Below are positions 20,090 through 29,581 of a DNA stretch of 64,000 bases, in pieces. The notes beneath the pieces were generated by a model. It was given only the letters and a program-made list of their open reading frames with translations. It had not been told where the DNA came from and ran no database searches. Positions within the stretch are counted from its first letter, which is position 1, and each line of letters opens with the position of its first letter. Source of the stretch: Fibrobacterota bacterium (GTDB lineage Bacteria > Fibrobacterota > Fibrobacteria > UBA11236); NCBI GenBank assembly GCA_028287505.1, contig JAQBPN010000070.1, positions 3,671 through 67,670 of the forward strand. Direction: 5' to 3'. The translations under genes were made by a program, and so were the position numbers.

Positions 20090-21310
20090 ATGGGCTTTAT
20101 TTCATTCCGAACTTTGCGTCTTTTGCCCGCAGTCGCGGCCGTGAATCTTTTGGTTTCCTTCGTCCATTCGGAAACCTCGCCCTTGAGCGCTGTGCAGGAC
20201 GGCTTCGGCCTGGAAGTGAGCGGCTACAATTCCCGGGAAAAGGGCATGGGCGAAGCCGGTTTGGCGACCATAAACCGCGTCGGACCTTCCATTCCCAATC
20301 CTTCGAAAACGGCGTTCAACGAGAAGACCTCGTTTTCGGCGACCTTCGATACCGACCTGGATTGGCTTCGCGATAGCGATGTCTCCAATCGCACTACTAC
20401 TTTCATCATTCCCGACATCGCCTTGAACTTTCAGACCCGATGGCCCGTGAACGTGGGTCTCTATTACCGGCAGCGTTTCCATCGGAATTTCAGCTTCACT
20501 CCCGCCGCCCAGGCGAATCAGAATGTGCTTGAGTCCTTTACGACGGAAGGGGGGATCTACGAACTGGCCAGCACCGTGGCCTATGCGCCCAAACCCTTCC
20601 TGGCCCTGGCCTTGGGATATCATTTTCTGATAGGCCGGGAGCGGACCATCGAAAGCGCCGGCTTCACGCAAAACCCCATCAACGATACGTTGCGAAATGG
20701 GGAGGATTTGAAAGGGGATACCGTTTCCGTCCGCAGCAACGGCAATTACCCTTCGGCCTCCCTGACTTTCCGCCAGAAAACCTTCAGCCTGGCCGTCACC
20801 GGAACCATGGCCACCACCTTGGACCGGACCCTCAATCGGACCGTCACCAACCTTTCATCCGACGAAAAAAGCAAGGAAAGCCGGGATTTGCCCTGGACTG
20901 TCCAGGTTGGCGCGGCCTTCAAACCCAAACAGAACCAGTCCGTGGCCGTGGATTTCAGTTATGAATCGTGGGAGGACGTGGCTTCAGGATTGCTGAATCC
21001 GGCTTTCCATGCGGGTGCCGGGTATGAATACCAGGGCGTAGGGAACCCATACGAACCCTATTTCCGCAAGGTTGCGTATCGCGGAGGCTTAGGGATGGAA
21101 AGGTTATATTTGGATGAGACCAATCTCTACTTTCTGACCTTAGGCACCGGATTGCCCCTAGGCAGAAGAGGGAACCTTCTCGATGTTGCATTAAAGTATG
21201 GACATCGCGATAGCCGAGAAAATAATTTATGGTCTGAAGATTTTCTGAAGCTTTCCGTGACCTTGACCGGTGTAAGCGTGTGGGGACAGCCAGTCCGCAA
21301 ACGGCATTAA
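20090..21310 (+). CDS. Outer-membrane beta-barrel protein, uncharacterised
   Basis: Signal peptide (LLPAVAAVNLLVSFVHS), amphipathic beta-strand periodicity throughout; 406 aa. Confidence 0.5.
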   Translation: MGFISFRTLRLLPAVAAVNLLVSFVHSETSPLSAVQDGFGLEVSGYNSREKGMGEAGLATINRVGPSIPNPSKTAFNEKTSFSATFDTDLDWLRDSDVSNRTTTFIIPDIALNFQTRWPVNVGLYYRQRFHRNFSFTPAAQANQNVLESFTTEGGIYELASTVAYAPKPFLALALGYHFLIGRERTIESAGFTQNPINDTLRNGEDLKGDTVSVRSNGNYPSASLTFRQKTFSLAVTGTMATTLDRTLNRTVTNLSSDEKSKESRDLPWTVQVGAAFKPKQNQSVAVDFSYESWEDVASGLLNPAFHAGAGYEYQGVGNPYEPYFRKVAYRGGLGMERLYLDETNLYFLTLGTGLPLGRRGNLLDVALKYGHRDSRENNLWSEDFLKLSVTLTGVSVWGQPVRKRH

Positions 21311-21337
21311 CCGGTCCGACTACCTGGAGGTTCGACC

Positions 21338-22624
21338 ATGAAAAACAAACTGGACAAGAATTCAAAACTCCCTTCCGGCAAATCCAAGGAAGCCTCCTCC
21401 TCGGATGCCAAGTCGAAAGGCAAGCCGGCCAAACCGGTCCCTAAAAGTCCACCTCCCGCTTCAGCGAAAAAATCCAAACCCATAGGGGATTCGAAGCCGT
21501 CCAAGGCCTCGCCCGAATCCAAGTCTCCTGCCCAGCCGGCCAAGGCCGGAAAGGCCGAGAGCGGGTCCATAAGCGGCAAATCCGCCAAGTCCCCGTCCCA
21601 GGCCAACCGGGAAACAGCGGCCCCCGTTTCCAAGCGTCCCGCTGCCGGAAAGACCACCGCGCGCGCGCGGGGCAAGGCGGGCTCCGCCGATTCCGCCGAA
21701 GAATTGAGCCTGGAAGAGTTCGCCATTTCCCTCATCAAACCCGGGGAAACCAAGGAACGCATCTGGCGCACCAAGAGCTTCCAACAGCATCCCGCCCAAC
21801 GGGAGTTCGGCTTTCCCGATGTCGCTCCCGAGTTGCCGGGCCAGTACAGCCAGCCCAAATTGGTGCTGATGCCCAAGGATCCGGAATACATGTTCTGCTA
21901 CTGGGAATTGACTCCAACCTTGATAGAGGAAAAGGAACGGGAGAAGCTGGCTACCGGAAACTACCGGGAAACCCTCAAGATCAATTGGGAATCCAAGTCG
22001 CTTTTCGAACCCAACTTCACCTTCATCCCCGTTTTCTTCTGGGCCCGTAAATGGTATTTCGGCGTTCCCCAGGTGGGCCAGCGGTATCAGGTGGAACTGG
22101 GATGGCTTTCGGACAGCGGGCATTTCATTTCCATCATCCGGTCCAACCTCTCGGAATTGCCGGAAAGCTGGGCGGCCACCCAAAAACGCCTCGCCGAACA
22201 GGGCGAAGTGCTGGCCTACTCTTCCAGCCATACCAAGACCCTGGGCAGCTCCGAGCACTTGGTGGTCGAGGACATCCGCTCCTTCGTTCCGGAATGGAAC
22301 CTCAGTTCGGAAAGCATGAGCTCCTCTTCCTGGTCCCGCGGGGTATCCGGGGAAACAGCCCAGGCTTCTCCCCAACAGTCCGCCCCGGCTCCCAAGGCCT
22401 CCAAGCCTCGGCCGGCGTCACCGAAAGCCCGCCTGGAAGTCTCCGGCAAGGTCCTGCCCGGCACCCAGGTCTTCGTCAGCGGCAATGCGGTATCCACCAA
22501 CGCCCAAGGCTATTTCAAGACGGAATTCCCATATAACAAGGACACCCTGAACCTGGAGCTCACGTCCCGTTCGGGCGCGAGCCGCTCCTTTACCTACGAT
22601 CTCAAGGAGTTGGTTCTGAACTGA
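21338..22624 (+). CDS. DUF4912 domain protein with a Lys/Pro/Ser/Ala-rich N-terminal low-complexity region
   Basis: The core MFCYWELTP...WYFGVPQVGQRYQVELGW is characteristic of DUF4912, a family usually encoded next to GH57 enzymes. The first about 120 aa are K/P/S/A-rich. The stop overlaps the GH57 start (TGATG). Confidence 0.7.
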   Translation: MKNKLDKNSKLPSGKSKEASSSDAKSKGKPAKPVPKSPPPASAKKSKPIGDSKPSKASPESKSPAQPAKAGKAESGSISGKSAKSPSQANRETAAPVSKRPAAGKTTARARGKAGSADSAEELSLEEFAISLIKPGETKERIWRTKSFQQHPAQREFGFPDVAPELPGQYSQPKLVLMPKDPEYMFCYWELTPTLIEEKEREKLATGNYRETLKINWESKSLFEPNFTFIPVFFWARKWYFGVPQVGQRYQVELGWLSDSGHFISIIRSNLSELPESWAATQKRLAEQGEVLAYSSSHTKTLGSSEHLVVEDIRSFVPEWNLSSESMSSSSWSRGVSGETAQASPQQSAPAPKASKPRPASPKARLEVSGKVLPGTQVFVSGNAVSTNAQGYFKTEFPYNKDTLNLELTSRSGASRSFTYDLKELVLN

Positions 22625-24195
22625 TGGGTTACCTGAACTTCGTTCTGCACGCCCATCTGCCTTACGTCCGACATCCCGAACACGCCCGCTTCCTCGAAGA
22701 AGATTGGTTCTTCGAGGCCATAACGGAAACCTACATCCCGCTCCTCCAGGAGTTCGAGGCCCTGGCCAAGGATCGGCTTCCCTTCAAGATCACCATGAGC
22801 CTCACGCCGCCCTTGTGCGAGATGCTCGCGGATGAGCTGCTGCAAACGCGCTACATCAACCACATCAACCGGTTGCGCGAATTGGCGGAGAAGGAATGCA
22901 CCCGCACCAAGAACGATCCCGCCTTCTGCTACCTGGCGGCCATGTACCGCAATCTTTTCGAGAAGTGCCACAAGATCTTCAACGGATATGATCGCAACCT
23001 GCTGAACGGTTTCCGGAAATTCCAGAAATCGGGCAACCTGGAAATCATCACCTGCGGCGCGACCCATGGATTCCTTCCCAATCTCAGGATTTCCCCCCGC
23101 ACGGTGGAAGCGCAATTGGCCGTGGCGGTTGGCAATTATTGGAAGCATTTCGGCCAGGAGCCCTGGGGCATCTGGCTGGGCGAGTGCGGGTACTATCGCG
23201 GCCTGGACAAACTCATCAAGGAGTCCGGTCTCCGGTATTTCTTCGTGGATACCCACGGCATCCTGCAAGGGGATCCTCCTTCGCCAAAGGGAAACTACGC
23301 CCCCATCGAAACGCCCAACGGCGCGTTCGCGTTCGCGCGCGATCAGGAATCCTCGAAAGCCGTCTGGTCCGCCGAGGAAGGCTATCCCGGGGACTTCCGC
23401 TACCGCGAATTCTACCGGGATATCGGATTCGATCTGGACATGAAATACATCGGCCCCTACATCCATCCCATGGGGCTGCGCATCAACACCGGAATCAAAT
23501 ACTTCCGCATCACCGGCAAGGGCAACTACAAGGAACCCTACGTGGAGGATTGGGCCAAGCAGGCCACCGGGGAGCATGCGGAAAATTTCATCTTCAACCG
23601 CGACAAGCAGGACGAATGGCTTTCGGGCCGCCTTGATACGCCGGCCTGCATCGTTTGCCCCTATGACGCCGAATTGTTCGGCCACTGGTGGTATGAAGGC
23701 CCCATGTTCCTGGGCAAGGTGATGCGCAAGGTGCTCACGGAAAACAACCACCGCGTGCAGTTGTCCACCCCGCGCGATTACCTGATGATGCACAAGGATG
23801 CGCCCCGATCGGATCCGGCCTTTTCCTCCTGGGGAGCCGGCGGCTATGCCGACGTGTGGTTGAACGGCAGCAATGATTGGATCTACCCCCATCTCCACAA
23901 GATCGGGGACCTGATGCACGAAGTGGCGGGACTCCCGGCCGGCGGAGATCAGGACCGCCGGGCCCGCAATCAGATGGCCCGGGAACTGCTGCTGGCGCAA
24001 TCGTCGGATTGGGCCTTCATCATGAAAACCGGGACCATGGTCGATTACGCCGTCAAACGGACCAAGGTCCACGTGCACAACTGCCTGGAACTGTACCGCC
24101 AAATCCGCACAGGCTCCATTTACGAACCCTTCCTCCAGAACCTGGAGTCGACGGACAACATCTTCCCTGAAATCGATTACAAGGTCTACGCGTAG
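22624..24195 (+). CDS. Glycoside hydrolase family 57 (1,4-alpha-glucan branching enzyme-like)
   Basis: N-terminal GYLNFVLHAHLPYVRHPE (GH57 signature); 523 aa; translationally coupled to the upstream DUF4912 gene. Confidence 0.88.
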   Translation: MGYLNFVLHAHLPYVRHPEHARFLEEDWFFEAITETYIPLLQEFEALAKDRLPFKITMSLTPPLCEMLADELLQTRYINHINRLRELAEKECTRTKNDPAFCYLAAMYRNLFEKCHKIFNGYDRNLLNGFRKFQKSGNLEIITCGATHGFLPNLRISPRTVEAQLAVAVGNYWKHFGQEPWGIWLGECGYYRGLDKLIKESGLRYFFVDTHGILQGDPPSPKGNYAPIETPNGAFAFARDQESSKAVWSAEEGYPGDFRYREFYRDIGFDLDMKYIGPYIHPMGLRINTGIKYFRITGKGNYKEPYVEDWAKQATGEHAENFIFNRDKQDEWLSGRLDTPACIVCPYDAELFGHWWYEGPMFLGKVMRKVLTENNHRVQLSTPRDYLMMHKDAPRSDPAFSSWGAGGYADVWLNGSNDWIYPHLHKIGDLMHEVAGLPAGGDQDRRARNQMARELLLAQSSDWAFIMKTGTMVDYAVKRTKVHVHNCLELYRQIRTGSIYEPFLQNLESTDNIFPEIDYKVYA

Positions 24196-24622
24196 AGTAG
24201 ACCCGTTTATGCGTAAGCATAAACCCGTCTACGCGTAGCCTCTCCGCACCTATTCGGAAATGTGATTTTTGTCCCGATTTATGTTGGCTTCCAACAGGCC
24301 GGATCCAGGCGGAATCTTTATAGATTTTGATTGCCGTTCCGATTGGGCGGACAACCGCCGGTGCGGAAAAAGTTTCGGGCACGGGACTGAAATACCGCCG
24401 TAACCACCGCGAAATGCGGTGAAACCGGTGTCCCGCGGTTCCGTGCGCGGGACGGATGCGTTGGGGTTTCCTAACGCATTTCCGATTTCCTGCCGTTGGA
24501 TTTTTTTCCCGATTTTGGCTTTATCGGGGTGTTTGGCCGGAAAAAAACAAGACGAATCCCCAAGCCACAGGTTCAGGCCGGAATTATTATAAGCCTGTAC
24601 CGGGGGAGATGGAGGCGATTCC

Positions 24623-24928
24623 GTGGGGAATATCAGCGCAATGCTGCTCATCTTGGTCTTCCTCGTCATCGGGGTGACCCTGGCGATTCTTTTCCTGGCC
24701 GTGCTCCGGGAAACCCTGTTCTGGTATTGGCGCTCCAAAGGCGTGATGCAGGAACCGGAAGATATTCTCAACCGTCCCCACGAAACCGCCCTCATCATCC
24801 GCAAGAGCATCGCAGGTATGAAGTCCGGATTGGCCCCGGGGGCGAATACCAGGACCCCGACGGCGAAATCAATCGCGGCGGAAAATGCCGCGGCGCCGCA
24901 TCCGGGTTTCAGCGACCAAAACCCGTAA
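24623..24928 (+). CDS. Small hypothetical membrane protein
   Basis: One strong TM helix (ISAMLLILVFLVIGVTLAILFLAVL); 101 aa; no homology recognised. Confidence 0.3.
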   Translation: MGNISAMLLILVFLVIGVTLAILFLAVLRETLFWYWRSKGVMQEPEDILNRPHETALIIRKSIAGMKSGLAPGANTRTPTAKSIAAENAAAPHPGFSDQNP

Positions 24929-24942
24929 ACCTTCCCCGACCG

Positions 24943-26526
24943 CTATTTCCGCAAAAGATTGTGGACCCGGGTCATAAGATCATAGGGAGAAAAAGGCGTG
25001 ACCAGGTAATCGTCCGCGCCCAACTGGAATCCCCGCGCCAAGGCCTGATCGGCACCCAATGACGTAATCATCAGCACGGGCACCCGGTTCCCCCGCCAGC
25101 TGGAGCGCAGATCCGTGAGCAGGCTCCGTCCCTGGGACGCCTCCTGTTTCAGGTCCAGGATCCAAAGGGCGCAAGGCGTGGCCAGGGCCGCACGCAAGGC
25201 CGAAGCGCCATCGCGGCAATGCACCACCTCGAAACCTTCCCGGTCCAGACTGTTGGAAACGATTGAGGCGACCTGATCGTCGTCCTCGGCCAAAAGGATT
25301 TTCTGCGTCTCCACCTTGGTCTGATCGGCTTCGGAAACCAAACGCGCGCGGCCGCCGGTCTTGGCCAGGTAGAGGTAGCGATCCGCCTCGGCCATGGCCT
25401 TCTCCACGGTGGAATCATGGAGCACGGAAACCAGGCCCGCGGAAAATGTCAGGGGAACCGGGCGGCCGTCCTGGGTGCGGAAAGGGATGGAAGCCAGGGT
25501 GGAGAACATTTTTTCCACGGCGAAGCGCGCGCCCGGCAGATTGGTGTTGGGAAGCAGCAGGGAGAATTCGTCCCCTCCCCATCGGGCCAGGAAATCGGAA
25601 CGCCGCAGGGCGTCCGCGAAAGCCCGGGCGGCATGGCGCAAAGCGGCATCGCCGGCCACATGGCCCAGGTGATCGTTGATGCGCTTGAGCATGTCGAAAT
25701 CCAGCAAGGCCAGGGAGGTGGGTTCCTTTTTCCGCGCGGCCAGGGCCACCGCGCGGTGGAAGCCTTCGCAAAAGGCCGCGCGATTGGGCAATCCCGTGAG
25801 CGCGTCCTGCCGCGCCTCGCGGCGATGCTCGATGGACCGGTGCAGGCGCGCGGAGACGGCGGCCTTGAGGACTTCCGGGGCCAGGGGTTTCTCGAAATAG
25901 GCATCGGCGCCAAGCGCGAAACATTCCGTCTTGGGCTGAGGTCCGCCGATTCCGGAAAGCACTATCACCGGGACCCCCGACGTGGCCGATCGTTCGCGCA
26001 GGAGCATCAGGAAGTTCCGGCCATCCGTGTCCGGCAGGGAAAGGTCCAGGATGATGAGCGAGAACTGCCTGTCCTCCAGCACCGCCAAGGCTTCGCCCGC
26101 GCTGCCCAGGGCCGTAATCTCCCGATCGGAACCGGAGAGGATTGTCTCCAGCAACCGGCACATCTGCGCGTCGTGTTCGATGATGAGGATGCCGGGAAGA
26201 TCCCCCGGACCCAGCGCCGCGCTGACCTTGATCAATTCCGAGAGCAGGCGGTCCAGGCAATAAGCCAGCTCTTCCGGACGGGACTGCTCCACGGCGCGGG
26301 CGGATTCCCCCAAGGAATGGAATCCGTAGCTGTTGGCCGAACCGCGCAGGCTGTGCGCGATGCGCCGGACGGAATCCGTGCCGTCCGGGGATTTCGCGAG
26401 ACCCTTCCTCGCGGTCTTGAGCGCGTCTATGCTGGCCGGGAGACTCCCGCGATACCACTTCCTTAAATCTTCCATAACTCTCCATGCCCATTGACCGTGC
26501 TCATTCGCCTTCTCCCTCCGCGCCAT
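24943..26526 (-). CDS. Hpt-REC-GGDEF-REC multidomain protein (phosphorelay-regulated diguanylate cyclase)
   Basis: Hpt motif RIAHSLRGSANSYGFHSLGE; first receiver (LIILDLSLPD); GGDEF domain with intact RWGGDEFSLLLP; second receiver at the C-terminus (ILDLKQE...LGADDYLVTPF). Confidence 0.85.
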   Translation of the reverse strand: MARREKANEHGQWAWRVMEDLRKWYRGSLPASIDALKTARKGLAKSPDGTDSVRRIAHSLRGSANSYGFHSLGESARAVEQSRPEELAYCLDRLLSELIKVSAALGPGDLPGILIIEHDAQMCRLLETILSGSDREITALGSAGEALAVLEDRQFSLIILDLSLPDTDGRNFLMLLRERSATSGVPVIVLSGIGGPQPKTECFALGADAYFEKPLAPEVLKAAVSARLHRSIEHRREARQDALTGLPNRAAFCEGFHRAVALAARKKEPTSLALLDFDMLKRINDHLGHVAGDAALRHAARAFADALRRSDFLARWGGDEFSLLLPNTNLPGARFAVEKMFSTLASIPFRTQDGRPVPLTFSAGLVSVLHDSTVEKAMAEADRYLYLAKTGGRARLVSEADQTKVETQKILLAEDDDQVASIVSNSLDREGFEVVHCRDGASALRAALATPCALWILDLKQEASQGRSLLTDLRSSWRGNRVPVLMITSLGADQALARGFQLGADDYLVTPFSPYDLMTRVHNLLRK

Positions 26527-27661
26527 CGTCGATGTCCTGGAAGCCCAGGTGGCGGAAAGCGAATTCGCCGCGGATCCCGAAGCCGGTATAGGTCTGGTTG
26601 TCGACTTGTCCGTATAGCATCGTCCCGGCCACGCGTATGCGATGGTATTCCCAGATCCTGAGGCCCATAGTCAGCCCCGCTTCCGTTTCATGCCCCACCG
26701 CGGTTCCGTTCCAGCTGAAAATCGCCCTGGGCGCCACGTGCAGGCGCCAGAGAATGTCCGGATCAGGGGCCCAGGCCACGGACATTTCCAGGTAGGCCCT
26801 TTGCAGGTTGTCGTCCGTGTCCGGGGCCTCCAGATCGGATTTGAGCTTGAGGCGCCGGTTGGCGTCCGGCAACTTTATCGCCGCGCCTAATCCCGTTTGC
26901 CAGGCCACCCGGCGGAGCGATTTGAGATATTCGTAACGAAACTGATAAAGATCCCCTTCGTTGTGGGCGGGGATGCGGATATCATTGCCCTCATCGCCAT
27001 AAATGGAGGCCTTGGCGTCCCAGCGGTGGCGCGCCGCCCGCGCCTGGTATATGGCCCGTCCGGAGAAATCGAAATAGGATGCCGGAAAGAAGGCTTTGTC
27101 CTTGATCAGCCGGAAAAGCGCGGGACGGGAATATCCGAATCCTCCTATCAAGGTCCAATTGGTCCAGGCGTAACGGCCGAAAACCGCCGCTTGCAAAGCC
27201 CGCGGGGACAGGAAGGAGGAAAAGGGCATGGGACTGTACCCGTTCATGGCCTGGTACAGCGCCAGGGAATCCGCCAAGGCGATGGTGTCGCCGAAGATGG
27301 GGATGTTGCCGCCGAAGGAGACGAAGAGATAATCCCGCAGCACTTCGGCGCTGGCCTGCAGCTTCAGGGCCAAGGGCTCCCGATAGGGCTGGGAGAATCC
27401 GGGGGCCTGGGTCTCCCGGGAACGCAGCCCGATATGGAACCAGGCGAAGGTGAGCGATTGGATGGTGAATCCCTGGTAGAGGCTCGCCTGATAGGGATAA
27501 GGCTGGCCGGTCACGGCAGGCGAGTTGAGATAGAACACGTCGATGGAACTGTGGGCGATCCACGGGAACCCGTGTTCCTGGCTGATCTCGGCGGTATCGG
27601 TCTTTTGCGCCAGCGCGGAGACGGCGGACAGCAGGACCGGGATCAGGAAACGCAGCGTCAT
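26501..27661 (-). CDS. Outer-membrane beta-barrel protein, uncharacterised
   Basis: Start at MTLRFLIPVLLSAVSALAQ (signal peptide), which is Met28 of ORF 26501..27742. Beta-strand periodicity rich in Y/W/F. Overlaps the upstream repeat-protein gene by 4 nt and the downstream GGDEF gene by 26 nt. Confidence 0.5.
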   Translation of the reverse strand: MTLRFLIPVLLSAVSALAQKTDTAEISQEHGFPWIAHSSIDVFYLNSPAVTGQPYPYQASLYQGFTIQSLTFAWFHIGLRSRETQAPGFSQPYREPLALKLQASAEVLRDYLFVSFGGNIPIFGDTIALADSLALYQAMNGYSPMPFSSFLSPRALQAAVFGRYAWTNWTLIGGFGYSRPALFRLIKDKAFFPASYFDFSGRAIYQARAARHRWDAKASIYGDEGNDIRIPAHNEGDLYQFRYEYLKSLRRVAWQTGLGAAIKLPDANRRLKLKSDLEAPDTDDNLQRAYLEMSVAWAPDPDILWRLHVAPRAIFSWNGTAVGHETEAGLTMGLRIWEYHRIRVAGTMLYGQVDNQTYTGFGIRGEFAFRHLGFQDIDDGAEGEGE

Positions 27662-29364
27662 GGGCCGAGACGGTCCGGGCTGCAGAGGTAACATCCGGAT
27701 TCCTGGGCGCCGGAACGGAACGTGCCGCCGAACTCGCCCCAACCCTCCTTCTCCGAAGAAAGCACGTCCATCTCCATGTCCATTTCCCTGGATTCGGAGA
27801 CGATGAAAGACTGCATGGATTTGTCCGCCGTGCGCAACGCCGAGCCGGCTCCGAAAAACTTGCCGGGAAGGAACATGGCGAAGGGCCGCGTGCCCCGGTT
27901 GGGATCCACGGTTTCGAATTCACGCAGGATGCGATCGCCACGCAATGGATTGAGCCTTTCCTGCTTGAGCGAGTAGCCGCGCGTCCGCACCGTGCGCATG
28001 GCTCCGACCGCCACGGCTTCCTGGGAACTCAAGAGCGGTTGCGCGGACATGCTTCCTTTGACCACCTCCATGGTGGAAATGCTGCCTTCGTGGCGGAACA
28101 ACACGGCTTGCGGCTGACCGCGCGCGATAAAGGAGGGAGTGAGCACCACGCTGTTGTCCTGGAAGGCGAGCAGGCCTATTTTGCGCCAGATGCTGTTGCT
28201 GTCCAGCGAGGCTATTTCCCCCAATTTGCGCCAGATGAGATTGTTGCTGTCCAGGGAAGAAACCTGGCCCAGGCCTTTCCAGACCAGGTTGGAACTGTCC
28301 AGCGCGGCCACCTGCGTCAATGTGCGCAACAGCAGATTGCTGCTGTCCAATGCCGTCACTTTGCCGAAGGTCTTGAACAGCAGATTGTTCGAGTCCATCG
28401 ACGTGACCTTCTGCAGGTTTTTGAGGATGAGGTTCTGGCTGTCGAGCGAGGTAACCTTGCCGAGACCCTTCCAGAGCAGGTTGCTGGTATCCAGGGCCGC
28501 CACCTTGGTCAGGGTCTTCCAGATCAGATTGCTTTGGTTCAAGGTGGTGGCCTGTCTCAGGCGCCCCTCCACCGAAGAGGAATCCACGCCCTTGATGATC
28601 CCCAGGGTCCCCTGGTTGAGCTGCACCACCTTGGGGAGCAGATAGGTGTAGGAAGAATGCGGGTACAGAACGTAGTGGATATTCTCCATGCTGATGACGA
28701 TGAGCCGCGGCGCGTCCCCGATCACCAGGGTGGTCCCCAAGGGCACTTCCGAGATGGATCCCTTGTGGATGATGGCGAGTCCGCGGATGAGCATGGCGGG
28801 GTTGGCCGGAACCTTCAGCTTCAGGACTCCCAGCGATGGAGGGTCCGCTTTTTTGGCCAGGAAGGAGGCCTCGAAAGGGCGCGCCACGGCCTGGGCGAAC
28901 AGCTTGCGCTTCTCCCCCGCTTCCAGCAAAACATGCAATGTATCGAGAACGCGGTTTTTCGCGGAGAACATGTCCACCGCTTCCGGCCGGCAGCGGTATT
29001 CTTCCTTCAATTCCGCGCACTCGACGATCAGGCCCCACTTCACCTGGTTTCCGTTCATGGGCGCGAGCAGGGCCGGGTCGGCGATCTTGCCTTTGGCATG
29101 CGCCGAATCCAGGGCGTTGCCGTTCTTCTTGCGGAGATCGAAGACCAGCAAGGCGGTGTCATCCGCCAAGGCCTGGCCCATATCGCGCGAAAGCCCTTCG
29201 TTATAAGCGGAGTCGCGGCCTTCCACGTAGGCGCCCAATACGCTGACGGCGACCTTGCCCCACGCGGAACCCAGGAAGACGGATAGGATGAGGCAAACGT
29301 TCCGCAAGGCGGAACGACGGTTTCGCGTTGCGGGACACGACGGCCCGGCCGGGGAAGCATTCAC
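27658..29364 (-). CDS. Secreted protein with 7-8 tandem 16-residue repeats (consensus NLxWKxLGKVTSLDSx); LRR-like but shorter than canonical LRR units
   Basis: N-terminal hydrophobic signal (NVCLILSVFLGSAWG). Residues about 279-406 are exact 16-aa periodic repeats, mirrored by a 48-bp DNA periodicity. The alternative-frame ORF 28139..28645 is also periodic. Confidence 0.6.
   Translation of the reverse strand: MNASPAGPSCPATRNRRSALRNVCLILSVFLGSAWGKVAVSVLGAYVEGRDSAYNEGLSRDMGQALADDTALLVFDLRKKNGNALDSAHAKGKIADPALLAPMNGNQVKWGLIVECAELKEEYRCRPEAVDMFSAKNRVLDTLHVLLEAGEKRKLFAQAVARPFEASFLAKKADPPSLGVLKLKVPANPAMLIRGLAIIHKGSISEVPLGTTLVIGDAPRLIVISMENIHYVLYPHSSYTYLLPKVVQLNQGTLGIIKGVDSSSVEGRLRQATTLNQSNLIWKTLTKVAALDTSNLLWKGLGKVTSLDSQNLILKNLQKVTSMDSNNLLFKTFGKVTALDSSNLLLRTLTQVAALDSSNLVWKGLGQVSSLDSNNLIWRKLGEIASLDSNSIWRKIGLLAFQDNSVVLTPSFIARGQPQAVLFRHEGSISTMEVVKGSMSAQPLLSSQEAVAVGAMRTVRTRGYSLKQERLNPLRGDRILREFETVDPNRGTRPFAMFLPGKFFGAGSALRTADKSMQSFIVSESREMDMEMDVLSSEKEGWGEFGGTFRSGAQESGCYLCSPDRLGP
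28147..28530. repeat. 48-bp tandem DNA repeats (about 8 copies) inside the repeat-protein CDS
   Basis: Periodicity is visible in both the real frame and the alternative-frame translations (…SSEAISPNLRQMRLLLSREETWPRP…). Confidence 0.65.
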
Positions 29365-29581
29365 CCCGTTATTATACCCTTTCCCAAGGGCTGGAACGCA
29401 ACCGGAGAGTTATTCGGCGATACAGTCCGTCGTAAGGTTATCCGGATCCCGATGGCCCCGGAATGCGGCGCGCCGGATCGCGCCATGAAATTGTTTCGGG
29501 GCATGGCCCCATTAGATAGATTCTATCCGTTCCGGATATCACAGAAATGTTCCGCGAGCAACGGTCCCCCGGAGAATTTCC

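Noticed and set aside
24196-24622. Possible c-di-GMP (GEMM) riboswitch next to the GGDEF locus
   Set aside because: I could not find the conserved GEMM tetraloop/receptor sequence features by eye. The region is kept only as an unexplained structured region.
28139-28645. 168-aa plus-strand ORF with striking periodicity
   Set aside because: It is an alternative-frame reading of the 48-bp tandem DNA repeats. The genuine gene is the minus-strand repeat protein, which has a signal peptide and is in operon context.
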